DNA of 64,000 nucleotides from Vicugna vicugna (lineage: Eukaryota): contig MU059953.1 of the NCBI GenBank assembly GCA_013265495.1, positions 4,860,501 through 4,924,500 on the forward strand. Reading direction: 5' to 3'. A model generated the notes under the pieces. That model had not been told where the DNA came from, did not search any database, and saw only the letters and a program-made list of their open reading frames with translations. Positions 1-14,444 of the stretch are shown here, one piece after another (within the stretch, counting starts at the first letter, position 1; the number at the start of each line of letters is the position of its first letter). The position numbers were made by a program, and so were the translations under genes.

Positions 1-3000
1 GGTTCTGAGGCTACACGGGGGTCACCACCGGCCACAGAGGGGCCTGCCCCTGGGGCGCGGAGGGCAGAGGGAGATGGGGGCTCCAGGTGTAGGGAACACA
101 GGAGCGTCAGAGGCAGCTGAGACCTGGTGGGGGCGCTGCGGGGACAAGTGCTGGTGGTGTCAGGGTCCTCAAGGGCAGAAGCCACGTGGAGACGTCCCTT
201 CAGCATAAAGTATACAGTCTGCATCCGTGCCTTCACAGGACAGTCACCCCAGCCATCTCCCCTTCCTCGGGAATGAGGGGTTGACAGCAACCACACTGCC
301 CTGGGAGCTGAGCCAGGACATTTACTGCCTTTATGAACAGTGGGCACAGCTCAAAAATCCTTACGATGAGTAGACTGGGCAGCGGTCAGGAGGGGCCAGG
401 AGGGGGTGGGGAGGCCGCCCGCTGAGCCTTGCCGGAGGCACTGGAGGTGTAACGAAATCTGTGAGTCTTTAAACTGTGTAATCTGCTTAATGGCTTGAAA
501 CCAATTTGCCAACTTGCTTATTTGGAATTTGTTAGACTATTTATTTGAATACACAGTACTCCACATCCGTGCACCTGGTGTTATTTGAATTAAGAGTGTG
601 AGCTCTTAAATGCTTACAGGTGGATATTGAAATATTGGAGAGCAAACTGGTGCAGAGAACGTGATGCTCAGAGAGCAGTGCAACGACTGCAGCCCGTGTG
701 CCCCATGAGAAGTGCTCAGGGAGCCCAGAGAACAGCCCAGCGGGGTGGTGTCCCCGCCGCCGCCACCCAGGGCACACCGCCTCCATCAGGACATGCTCAG
801 GGATGCCAGGGCGGGGGCTCAGGGTGGGACAGGCCACCCTGCTGCTGGCTGCACCCTCGCCAGCGGGTTCTACCAGGCCTCAGGGAGCCACTCCCGCACA
901 ATCTCACTGAAGGTCTGAGGCAACTCTCTATAATTCATCACATCTTCAGGTCCTGTCCTCCGGGCAGCACGGCCTTGGCCAGTTTCGCGCCAAGCTATAA
1001 CCTGAGAAAAACTTTACTTTCTCTTTCGTAAGAAACACAGAAAAAGGCTCTGTGTGTTATGCGATTTGAAAACACAGTGATTACTAATGAAATGTTATTG
1101 TAGACACTAATCACCATTGTCGTTCCACATTAGTGGTGGAGTCTGTTTGTGATTAAGCCAGAAGCTGGAAAAGCTAGTTGTCTGAGATCTAACAGGCTTT
1201 CTCTTCTGTTCTGGTCCCTTGCGCACCGAGGCCGTCAGTGTTCAGGTCCTTACTTTCTCGTCCAGACTCAAAATGAGTGAGATGAGGAGGCAGCTGGCGG
1301 GGCTCCGCGTGGTGTGCTGCCCGAGAGCCCTGGGCAGGCCTGTTCCACACGGTCTAGGGGAGAATTCCAGGCATCAGGAGCAGGCGGCCGGACCAACCCA
1401 GCTGGTACCATCACAGGTGACTGACGCCAGGCTTCACAAGAGTGACTCAGGTCACGCACAGCAGCCTAACTCCCCCGAGCCGGGCAAAGCCAGGGAAGAC
1501 AACTCATCACGACGTGACGGTGATGCTCAGGCCTCCTTGAGAGGCCAAGAGAAGGGCTTCTCGGGGACAACACACATCGTCTGCCCTCCGGTGGGGCAGC
1601 CACGCGTCACACAGCCCGGGGCTGACACCTGCCCCAGCGAGCAAGGGTCTGGGCGTGTGAGCCCAAGTCAACCCTGTGCCTGGCTGCATGTGCCCTCACA
1701 CTCACCCCCCCACGCCCCCCCCCCTCCTGCGCCCCCCCCAGACTCACCCCATCCCACCCGCACGCACAGTCACCCACTCCCACGTGCGTGCGCGTGCACA
1801 CCCACACACACACCCCCTCTGCAGGGCCGTCTTCTGCCCACCTCCGCCCTGACCATCACCGACCTTCCACGCTTCCGACCCCTCGTCCAGCCCGGGGAGG
1901 GCGGCTCTGTCGTACATCTGCCGCCATCCTGGTTAACTGAAAGGGCGTCTTTTCTTAACGACAACCCTTTCTGACGAAGATTGCAGCGCAAACATGCCTT
2001 GTTTCCTCTCTAAAGGTTACTTTGACTGCAATAAGGAATAATGCTAGACGCAGACTCGCCTGTTCAAATTCTGTCAACAGCTGGCCCTTCCCGTTACAGA
2101 TTTATCCAAGTGACTTAAATAAAACTTTCCATCACTCACACCAGCCTTGGCCAACAGCAAGCTACGCGAGCGGCTGTAAACGTTACTGCGAGCACAGAGA
2201 AAGCGGCGGCAGGAGCCCCAGTCTCCTGCCCCTGCACACCCAGCATCCCGTTGTCTCAACGCGCAGCCTGTCCGCAAGCGTCCACGAGACAGTCACAGTT
2301 GCGTTTCACGCCGAGGCTCGAGGTCCAGCGTGCCTGATGGTGGCAGCTCGCCTCAGTTTCCACCCCGGTTTCAATGCTCAGAAGCCAAGCGTGGCTGGGG
2401 GCTGCCGCAGTAGACAGCGCAGACTCGCACCGAGTCTAAAGGGGACACTTCTGATGCGTGTCCACCGTGGAACCGCCACTCCGGTAACGACCCAGGATGG
2501 TGTCGTCCCCACTGGCAGCGCCCTCTGCCCTCTGGGAGGAACCTCCACCCCTTTCTCCTGTGTTTTCTTCTGGAAGTTTTAACAATCCAGCTTTCACGTT
2601 CAGTCTACGGCATTTAAGCTGGTTCTTTCCAGCAAAGTTTTCCCACCACGCAGCAAGTGACTGTGTGGTTCACTCCATGATTTGGTCTGGTTTGGGGGAC
2701 AAAACAAGAAAGCTGCTAAAAGCCATCCCCATTCCAGCCTGCTCACCCCAACCCCTCGGGGAAGAGGGCTCTCCCCACCAAATGCTAAACCCAGACAAGC
2801 AAGCCTCATCCAGGCCGGGGATGTGATCGAGGCCGCCCTACTCCCCAGGAGCAGCCGTGTCAGTCCCTCCTGACCCTGGGAAGCCCTGCAGGCCCCCATC
2901 TCCCCCACCTCGCCTCCCAGGTGCACCTTGTTCACACTCCTCCCCAAAGCCCTTCTCAATTCCAACCTCTCAGGGCGGTGCCTGCAGCTCTGCCCAGGGC

Positions 3001-4721
3001 CACCCACTCCCTGGGAGCCCCAGGACTAGGGGGACGCACTTTCCCCACCGACGGGCTCCATCCTGCGCACCACCTACAAGCCCATCATCATGGCCTCCCT
3101 TCCTGCCAGCCCGGCCCCCCACGACCTACTCATGGGGGGTTCTGGCACTGGCCACTCCAGTCTTCCCCTCATGTCACTGTGGCCCCCATCCAAGAGCTCC
3201 AGTGTGGTCAACCACAACCCCGGCTCCCCCCTACCCTCTCTGGGCCCGCAGCCTTCGTACGGCTACCGCTGTAGCCCCCTCGCTGGTGGCGCCTCTCAGG
3301 ACAGCTCCCTCTTCTGAAATGGCTCCTGGGTGCTTCCTCGCCCGCTGATCACATCTTCTGAGTGTTCCCTCCTGCGTCCCAACCCCTCCCACCCAGGACC
3401 TGGGAGCCCCTCCCCTCACTGCCGTACAGGCTGACTCCGGGGTCCCCTCCTCCACCCCAGCTTCTTTCCTGCCGCCTTCAGCTCAACAGCACGGACAACA
3501 TCTCAACAGCTACCTAACCTACTGCGTTTGGGGCATCAGGCTGCACCCCCCAAAGGGGAACAATGGAGCTTCCGCGCAGCAAATCCCAGGGGGCTGGCAC
3601 AGGTGGAGAGGCCGCGGATCAGTGTGACCTCAACGTGGGGTCTCCGGGTGCGCTGCCAGCAGAACTAACCATGAACCCCCCAACTCTCTGTCGCTCTCGG
3701 GTGCGCGGCTGTCATTTACGGCTGTTCAGGGACCACGGTGGCCTTCACTGCCTGGGCGGTGGAGCTGCACACACCAGCACCCTGCTTGCTGTGAGCACAG
3801 CTCACGTGTCTGTGCGACGTGCAGGGGCCGCAGACACTCGGGGGGAGACAGTCTTGGAATAAAGTGCCTTTCAGGTCGTATCAGGACCCCCGGTGTCGCC
3901 TGCTGGAGCATGAGGGCTCGTTTCAACGGGATTCGGCGGCATTTCTGTACAAACCGCCGTCCACTTTGGGGCCCCAGAGGGCTACACTTTTCCCCCAGTG
4001 AAATGAATGATAATTATCTTTGATTTATGAAAACCACCCTATGATGTTTCTTCCAGAATGAAATTACTCTCGAAAGCAGCAGAAACTTATATTCGAAGCA
4101 AAACCCTGTGAGGCACCTGACCAGGTTTAAAGCCACATGGCTTGGTGACTCCATTTCAAACTCAGCCGGTGTCAATGGCCAGCCTCTGAGCTGCGCGAGC
4201 CTGGAGGACGGCCCCTCCGCCCACGGCATCCTCCATCAGGTAAAGGCCCGTGGAACACGCACCCACTCTCTTCAGTTCTGAGCACGAACAAGGCACTTCC
4301 GTGGTCTCTGTGGCTGACGAGGCTCCGGGAGGGGTTCTCAGTATATAAACAATGAAAATAGCGCAGGAACCTTTGACTTGCTTAAGAACCAACGCAACAC
4401 CGGGCAGAAACCCAGGAGGTGCACAAGGACAATCCAGACCAGAGCTTCGGTTTAGGAGGCAGCTTTTGTGGCCAAAATACAGCCTGAGAAGCCGAGAAAA
4501 TGGTCAGGCACCAGCCCACGAGCACCCACATCTGGGCGACGCCTCGTGCATTCACCTCCTGACCACTCGGGTCCCACCAGGTGCTGCCGGGCCCAGGGCT
4601 GGGGGGCGTGGTTTCTCACTCCACGCCCTCCCACCTGCCTTACAGGCGACGAGCTGAGTGCCACTCAAATCCACCCCATCACGCGTGCCGGGCGGTGGGA
4701 GGGGACCCGCCCCTGCACTTA

Positions 4722-5021
<300 letters not shown>

Positions 5022-7451
5022 GAGAACCTTCTTCCCAGGAACGGCTTTACATACCTGCCTCCCATTTAAAATGCAGGTGGAAGCAGCAGAAAAACCTACT
5101 GTACTGAACACAAACCCCGCCACAGGGAGCTGTAATATGCACACATAAAAGAAGGTCTGAATTAGGCTTCTTTCTCACTGCAGCAAAGAGACAGAGCAGA
5201 GCTTCTGCGCAAAGCGAAGCATCGCAGCCCCGAGCAGCGAGAAAGGGACGGAGCGTCCCCGGGGCAGGCAGGACAAGGCTCCCGCAAAGGAGGCAGCCAG
5301 GCCCCCGGGAACCCTTTCAGGGATGTCCCTGTTCCCTCCAGCCTACAGCTACCTACTCAGGCGAAGCACACGTCACCAGGCTGGACTGAAGCTGACAGCT
5401 CGTGTTTCGTGGTTTTCTTGTGGGAGTGGCGGTGACTCAACTCATTAAAGAAAACTGGCAAACTTGAGAAACAGACACACAGAGACCCTGAACCCACCAC
5501 CCAAATCCAAGGTCTGCTGGCACCAAATCTGCTTTCCGTAGAGCTGCCATCGGACCACACAGCACCTGGGACCCATCCTTCCGTCAGAAACGAGGTGAGA
5601 ACCTCCCTGTCGTCACACAGACTGCAAACAGCATTTTTAATGGTGGGCAAAAGCTTCATGAGGTGAGCAAAGTGTACTTCACAAAACCGTTTCCTGACTG
5701 GAGAGCTCTTCAGACGTTGCCCCTGTGGTTCTGTGGGAACCATGCTGCACCAGCATCTTTGAGGAGCTGTCACCGACCGCGTTTAGGAGCGTTTCCTCAG
5801 GAGAGATCAGCGAAGTGACTACGTCTAACGAACACAGCGTACAGCCCTGGGTGCATCTTCTGAGCCGTTCTCCAAAACGCCTCCACACGGTACCTCTGTC
5901 TCTGCCTAGCACTGCTCGGAAGCCCCCGACCCCACATCTCCACCCGCGCCCGGGAGCGCCCCCCCCCACCGCGTCCTCACGCGCACGCGGGAGCACCACT
6001 TGCTGCAAATGAGAAGACTGCCTGGTACCTCACTGTCGGGTCCTGGGTGGCCACCAGGGCGGGCGCTGGCCCTTCTCTCCAGCGATGTGCCTTTATGTCC
6101 TCGGCCGCTTTGCTTTCAGACCTCCCTGCGCTGCGCGTGGTGTGGTGCTGGTGCCGTGGGTCCGTGCGCAGGCTTCTGCAGGTGTGCCCTTTGGTGTGTG
6201 TGGCTTTTTTACAGTAATACGTTTACTGTGAGCCGCCACTTGCGAGCCTGGCACATTTAAGCCTCCTGGCTCCCGGCTCGACACTCTGCTTGTGCAAGGT
6301 TTGCCCTGGTCTGTTTCCTTTTGAAACGTGGATTATACTCGAGTGCTGAGATAGTAGAAGATGTTTGTCCCTTCAGGCACAGAGCTCCTAAAGCCTGTGC
6401 AATTTCCCAGATGGTGAGAACACGGGCGGGGTCCGGGATGGCTCCCGCGGGGCTGGCCACCAGGAGGACTGAGCCGGAGGAGAAGCCGGGAGCTCCCCGC
6501 TCCAGCCCATCCTCCGGGGTGGGGGGGAGGGGGAGTGGACTTGGGTGTCCCTCGACACGGGAAGGAGGAGACTGGGCTGATTCCTAGTTCAGATGTTCAC
6601 ACGCTGGTTTCTGTGGCGTCTGTTCTCGTCCTGCCATTGACTTCCCCCCATTTCCTGAAAGCTTTGAAATGTATCTTTCCACTAGTTCGGGAAGTACTCA
6701 GTTTCATTTTACCCTTGTTTTTCTGCCGTTGGACTGTCATTCATTCCGCTGTCTGTTTTTTCACATTTCATTCTGATGTGCATGAAGTGGACTTTGGTGT
6801 AAGAGACTCCACAGACACTCTGATGAATTGCTCATAAATTGTTAACACCATTAGTGAAATGTCTTTCCTGCCACCTTTATCACACTCCAAATACACCTGT
6901 CATCATTCACAGATTGAATTTGTCTGGCTGGAAACAGGCCTGAGTGGAAGGCAGCCTCCCCGGTGGCTGTTTCACGATGACTTCTGTGCGTCACAGACTA
7001 GGGTCCTGCGGAACGAACCCCCGGGCACAGGCCCCTGACAGCTGCAGGGGGACCTGAACAGGGGCAACCAGGGGAGCATGGGGACAGCGCGTCAGGAAGG
7101 GTCCCTGGGACACACGGGCATCTGTCTCAAGGCTTCTCAGCACCTGAGGAAGCCGCCCATGGTCACTCGAGCAGAGATGCTGCCTGAGCTCCGGGAGTTA
7201 CGAGATGTTGAGTGTGCGGGGTGCGCCAGCCACAGGGCAGAGCTGCCCAGACCTGGCTTACAGACCCCACGACACCCAGCGCAAAGGGCCCACGGGAGGA
7301 GTGACCAGACTGTGGGTGGGACACGACCGAAGGTTGCACCTCCACTTCTGAGCAAGCCTCCTGGCCCCCTCTGAGGGCACCCAGGCCAGACACGGACACT
7401 CCCGAACACCTCCGGCCTAACTGCCTTTCCCGCCTGAAAATTACACCCTCA

Positions 7452-7511
7452 CAGAGACACTGAAATCTGTGTGCAACGTGTCAGAGACACTGAAATCTGT
7501 GTGCAACGTGT
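7452..7511. repeat. Perfect 30-nt tandem duplication (2 copies)
   Basis: cagagacactgaaatctgtgtgcaacgtgt occurs at 7452-7481 and 7482-7511, identical. Confidence 0.95.
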
Positions 7512-10500
7512 GTGACCTGCAGCCACTTGGCATGCTTGAAGGGCACCCAGCCCCAGGGACAACCAAAAACCACGCATAGGGTTGCCGTGTCTGGACACAA
7601 AGTGCCCGACAACCAGGAACTTGGGGTGGGAGGCAGGGAGCCAGGGACACAGAGGGGACACAGCGTGCGGTGAGCGTGCAGGTGAGTCCAACCCCACTGC
7701 AGGGAGAACTGGGGGCAAAATGAGGGACTCTGGTGTTTCCCTCCAGGGATGCTGGCAGGGCAGGGACCGGACGAGGTGCATGAGGAGGACCATGACCTGG
7801 ACAGCCTGTCAGAGGAGCTGACCCTCAGGTCCTTCCAAAAGGACGGAAGGAGTCAGGGATGCAAAGCAGGACAGGAGGCAGAGTTCTCGAGCAGGACTTG
7901 ACATTCCCCCGGGCCTCCCAGGAGACAGCACCGACACTCTCAGGAAGTACCTGTTCCCGGGTGTCCACTTCCCTCTGCAGAGTGGCCCCCGGGGCCACGC
8001 AGAGAAGCACTCCGATCCCCCTGCTTTGGCCACGTGCAGGGCTCGCACCTCGGACTCCTGCCCCCCGAGGGACAAGGACACACTCCCAAGCCCAGCAGGT
8101 GGGGCGCGTGGCGGAGCCCAGTGGCGAGCAAGGCAGCAAGACGCGGAGGGGGCAGCTGCCGGCCGGGAGGGGACGCTGGCCGGTCCCTGGCAGGGCTGAG
8201 GTCCCTCTGGGGCACCTGCCTAGGCTGTCCAGGGTGAGAGGGGCACCTCACTGGGCTCTCCCTGAGTCAGAGGGAAACAAACCCAGCTCCCCGAACCCAG
8301 ACTTCCGGACGCACAAGATGACCTCAATGGGAGGGACTTCAAAAGGGAAGAGGCTGATCCTGGTCCTCGGGTGCTAGCTGTACTCTCATCTCCCACCAGA
8401 TCTCCCCTCGTGAAATGGAAGCTCCAGAGTCAATAAAACACCTTCAGGAAATGGACACCAAATGTTTCTAATTTTCACTTTAAAAAATTAATTCACGTTG
8501 ATTATCAGTCACTCGTTTGACAGAGTTGACAGAGGAAGTACGAGGTACCTGCACGAAGCCAGCCGGTGGGGTCCGGGGTGAGTCAAGGACACAAAGCGCC
8601 TTCAGGTCACGGGAGGGACGAGGACACACCCTGCGTCCCAGTCGCAGCCCTGCTTCTGCCGGGCTGTCGCCTCTGCACACGGGACGCCGCCAGCAGGGCA
8701 GGGGATCGCTCTCACAGCAGGCGCTCCATCCTTGAACTCCGGCCCTTTGAGCCATCGTTTTAAACAAAGTGCACGACTTCCCTTATGATATGGGCCCTGA
8801 TTCCCAACCACGTCGCGCTTGTGAATGAATATAAACGGGAAAAAATATACATAGTTGTGTTAGTTCCAAACCGCTCAGAGGGCGGACTTGCCTTTCGTCA
8901 GATTTTCCCTTTGATGTAAACTTTGCGACAGCACAGCTTGGGCTCTGAAACACAGCTCGTCGAAATCGAACGTAACTGGTCGTTCTTGCTGAACAAGGTG
9001 AGAGCACGACGCCCAAGAGTCGCTCTTCCATCAAACCAACAGCAGTAACCGGCACCACAAGTAACGGACAAAACTATTCACAATGCTTAAATTATTTAAA
9101 ATACTAAAATTATTTAAAAGGCACAGGAAACGTTGATAAGTGTAACAAAACTTTAATTAAATATTCGAGAAGAAATTCGTTAAAAGAAAAAAACCAAGGA
9201 ACTGAAAAACAGAAGCCTTGCCCTGCACCTTTAGATGCTTAAAAGCTGGAGATGCTCAATGCCATGTGTGTCGCCCGCAACGCCCCCTACGCTGCACCTC
9301 CTGCGGGAGGACCCCGGCCAGCCCCGCACACGCAGAGCCCCGGACAAGGCGCGCCCACCGCCCAGCGCCTGTTCGCAAGACCGCGCGCCCTGAGGCCGAA
9401 CGCCCGACGGAGCACAGCTTGTTGTTAACACCGAAGCCAGGCCGCCCAAACGCACGGACTGCAGCCACCGGGGCAGCGCTGCGACCAGCCGGGAGGGAGG
9501 CAGGGACATTCTGATGTCTCAGCTAAGGGGCTGCTCGGCAGGTGGGGCCAGAAGTGCTTCCGACCTTAAACAGGCCTGCTGCGCTTGCTGAAGCCAAGTC
9601 GTTCCAAACCTCGTGAGGCTGGAGACGTTTTCACTGGAAGTTTCTGGGAAACTTGGAGGAACTCCTTTAGACCTGCTGTACCGAGCAGCTGGTGAGTGGG
9701 GCGCCCATCAGCCCGCCGGCCCCCACCAGCTAGACCTCCACCCTCTGATGAACAACCATTTCCCCGCTCCAAAGAGAAACAAGAGTAGGACACACAGAGG
9801 TCCAGGCCAGGGAGAGAGGGCGGACGGGGGCAGGGCCCGCGTCGCAGGCCAGGCGGGTGCAGCGCAGCAGGCGCACCTGGGCTCTGCTCCCCACTCCCCT
9901 GCCGTCCTGCCCGCAGCAGAGCCCCTCCCAGGGCGCCTGTGGGGACCGGATGCTGCTGCCTGTGGGTGACTGATAAAACGGAAGGTGGCACCCACGTGGG
10001 GGACACAGGAGGGAGGCCACGGAGCTGCTGGGACGCTCAGCCTCCTGACCCGGGGCAAGGGCGCCCACCTAGACCCGGTTCTCCTGCACCTCAGTGTCGT
10101 CCCTGGAGTTTTAGAAATGAAAACGAGGGCGCCCACCCTCCACGCCAGATCAGGGCGTCAGGACGGCTGGGGGCTCCTGACACCACCTGCTGCAGGCCTG
10201 GACGTATCCGCACCCCGGCCACACCCTCAGAGCAGAACACGTGGTAGAGAGGACCAGCCTGGCGGGGTGCGGAGGGGTGTGACCGTAGCTGGCCGGCTGG
10301 GCAGTGAGAGTGGTGAGTGTGACGGGCACCGTCTACCCCACCAGCCCACCCCATCGGCACTCAAGGGCCCACGGGGCAGCGGGTGCCGCCTTCCATTTTA
10401 GCAGTCACCCCACCCCACGGGCAGCGGCATCCGGTCCTCCCAGGCGCCCGGGGAGGGCTCTGCAGTGGGCAGCCCAGACCTGCCATTCTGCTTCCCCTGA

Positions 10501-10944
10501 CGGCCTCCGTCCTCATCCTGGAATCTCGACGGTGGGTGATCAGCGAGCCTGCGAGCCGTCTTTCGTCCAACTGTCGTGATGTGACCACGTACACTGTTCA
10601 GATTTAGTGACAACTTTCAACTATTGGTACAAAAATTAGGTCTCCTGTGGAACAGAACTTCTCCTGACGTGCTTTCTATGTTGAAACTCTTAGTCCAAGT
10701 AAAACTATGTTTAAAGTATATTGATTATTTTAAGAGCAAAATGCTGCGGTAACTAATAAAGCTATGAAATTTTACGTTTAGAAACAATTACTAAGGATGT
10801 ACAAATAAATAGATAAACTGAAAATGAGGATAAATTAGCTACGTACTTTTAGGAAAAATAATATCCTCTTTCAAAGGAAGCATTTATAAAATGAACAAAA
10901 TAATAGAGACATAATACAGATTAATTACATTCTACCCTGACTGA

Positions 10945-11800
10945 GCAGAAAGACTGACAAATAGGGCGGCATTAGGACTGGGTCTCTGCTGCTCCCAAGG
11001 CACTCTTAGGAGAGGGACCGGGCAGAGGGCAGAGGACAGAGGGTAGAGGGGAGGAAGACCCCGGAGACACACCACACCCACAAGGGGCTCGACTCCTAAG
11101 CACAAAGAGAACGACTCCAAACCAAGAAGAAGGGAGACGTCTCAGCAGAAGAGCGGGCAGGCAGCCTGAACGAGGGCCTCCCAGGAAGGGCAGCCGCGGG
11201 GCAGCGGCAGGGGGAACCCGGCCAAGGTGCCCTGCGCTCGGGGACGCGCTGCAGCCCCAGAGCGGAGACGAAAGTGCCGCCGCCAGTGAGTGCCGGGGCA
11301 ACGCCGGCAGCGCGGACCCTCAGGAGCGGCACAACCGCCCTGGGAACTGCCCGCCAGGGCGCCCCACGCTCCGGCCGCGCCTCCTCACGCCCGCCCGCCT
11401 GCTCCAGGAGCCGCGCCCGGGGCTGCAGCATCACCTGCAGGAGCTCCGACCAGAAGCCACCCCACACCCACCGACCAGAGGGGACGAACCCCCTCGGGGG
11501 CCACACGCAGCAGGACAGTGGACGAGCCGCACACCGGGAGCACAGGCTTCACAGCACGACGCCGGGTGGAGGAACCGAAGTGCGAAAACCCACGTGAGGA
11601 TGAGGCGGCTCACGTCAAGGTGAAAAGCAAAGTTACCCTCGGTGTCGGGTGTCAGCGGTCAGGCGGCGTGGCCTCCGGGCATGGGGGCCCCGAGGCGGCT
11701 CCTGCCCTGGCCTGGGCGCTCTGCTGGGTGGCGGCTACACAGGGATGTGCACACTGGAGACCGTGTGCTTTCTGCACGTGGGGCACACCCCAATAAAAAA
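10945..11800 (+). mobile_element. Ancient L1ME-type 3' fragment (end of ORF2 plus 3' UTR), strongly GC-shifted
   Basis: Blocks are colinear with the recalled L1ME 3' consensus: gcgggcaggcagcctgaac (atgggcaaaagacttgaac), ggcacaaccgccctggg (ggtacaaccactttgg), aaagttaccctcgg (agtggttacccttgg) and gtgtgctttctgcacgtg...caataaaaa (gtgcacttttctgtatgt...caataaaaa), with AATAAA at 11791-11796. Confidence 0.65.
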
Positions 11801-12847
11801 GATTCGTAAGCCATTTCAAATAACAGACCTACAAAAATCTTCAGCGCGTCTTAAGCTGTATCTCATGCACATAAAGGTGAAAATTTAAAGGGGCGTGTTA
11901 AAGTGACTCGTACAGGTGGCACCGTTCTCAGTGGTCGAGGACAAAGGGTTTGAGGCTTTTGGGGTTAATACGTGTTGGTAAAATGTGCAGAAACGTCTAT
12001 TTTTACACCTGAGCACTAGAAGAGTAAATTGCTCAACAGTCAGTCCATCACGTCCTGGCTTATTCTCAGCATTAATGGGGAACAAGTGAGTTCACTGAGC
12101 TGAGGGCTTTGGCAGAAACTGGAGAGCCTGGGGGTGTGGGCGTGAGCTCACCCCATCAGGTCCCGGGTGTATCACTGGGAGGAACAAACTGTCAAAACAA
12201 AGAGGCCCAGGGACGCGGGAGGGACGCCGCAGCCTCCGGGAGATGGGTGGCGCTGAACCCGCCCTCCCCCGGAGCTGTGCGAGCCCTGCTCTTTGTCCTG
12301 CAGCTGCGCGGGAAGCACAGGGGACTGCGGCCTCTGCCCCGACAGACACGGGGCATTCTGTGCAGCTTTTAAAGGGGGAACAGTATGCAGAAGAGCCTCC
12401 GGCTTGGGTCAGGCCAGGGGTCTCCTGGCAGGTAACAGACCACGCTGGTCTTCACACGAGCGCAGCCACTGTGGAAAGCAAAACCTGGGGTCAAAGGGCA
12501 TGTGTATAACCCAAATGTGGGTCATCGCGTCTCCATTCAGTGGTCCTACAAGCTAATAACACCGGGCAGACGCTCTCAAAACAGGACTTTGAAAACGTCA
12601 GGGTTAAAGTTAGGATCTGAACTCACAGCTGGAGATCAGATGCATCTGGGACGCCTCATGGTTTTTAGCATCTTTTAAGTCCACTAGGAGCTGCTGAATA
12701 GTCTTTCAAAGGCTGAAGTCAAACCACAAGTCGCACCAGGTGCCCCTGCAGCCCCCAAACGAAGGCAAGGCCAGACTAGCACTGAAGCTGGGGCACTGCA
12801 CCAGCCCCAAGGGGGTGCCCCGCGGAGCCCAGGCGCCCACCCCCACC

Positions 12848-13442
<595 letters not shown>

Positions 13443-14444
13443 TTAGCCCTCGCCCACCAGGACCCACCAACCCCACTCCCAGGACTGACCCGTGCAAAGC
13501 CCTGCGTGGGCCTGTGCCGGGCACTGTGCTCGCGACAGCCCCGCCTGACGCACCTCAGACGCCCCCGGACGTCAGCACCGCAGCAGAAGTGCGTGTCTGG
13601 ACGCTAGAGACCCACCTCGCCAAGAAAAAGAAGAAACCGCAGGTGCCCGGAAACACATGACAGGCACAAAACAAGCAAAAAAGCCCCGTGCTGACGGGGG
13701 TAGGGGGGGCAGACAGGTCAGATCCCGAGGAGCCTGCTGACACGAAGTCCTGGAGCACGAAGCGTAAAGCGCGACACTCTGAAGGGGAGACCCAGGCGCC
13801 GAGTGGCCGGAGGGTCAGGGCCTCGGCCTGAAGGGCTCCCCACCCAGGACGCTGCAGGTGCCTCTCACGGCCTCCCCTCCTCTTCTCCAGCTGTTCTTTG
13901 AGGACAGCGTTGTGCCCTGAGAGAAGATGAAGGTGCTCAGGGGTGAAGGATGAGGGGCACAGGGCACACCGCTGCCCAGGGTGCCCCAAGGGGCAGGAGG
14001 CGGAGGCTGCCCAGCTTTCCCCTGAGCGGTCCCCTGCACCCAAGAAAACAGTCTACACGGAGACACACGAGCCATCTATGTGAGCGTGTGTGCGTGCATG
14101 CGTATGCACGCGTGTGCTGGCAGCCTGGGAGCGGGCAGTGTGTATCCAGGAACATCTCCAAACTCTCGTCCCTGGAAGCAGAGCCGGGCTGGCATCAGGC
14201 TCCTGCTGTGCCCGCCTCCAGCTCCGAGGTCACTGCCTGGAGCCACCTCACTGCCGGGGAGGGTCCGGGCTGCAGGCGAGGCCCGGGCAGAGCCTCTCCC
14301 CAGCCAAGGGACCGCAGGGAGAGGAGAGAGCAGCCCCCCTCACAGGCCACCCCTGGCTGCCTGGCCCCCCTCCCCTGACCGCCTTCCGCCATCTCCACAG
14401 TCTGGAAGTTGCCCAGGTTCTGCCAACAGCCAGAGCAGCACGGA

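Noticed and set aside
12637-12648. 12-bp palindrome cagatgcatctg (and the AT-rich palindrome at 60694-60710)
   Set aside because: Palindromes of this size are expected several times by chance in 64 kb.
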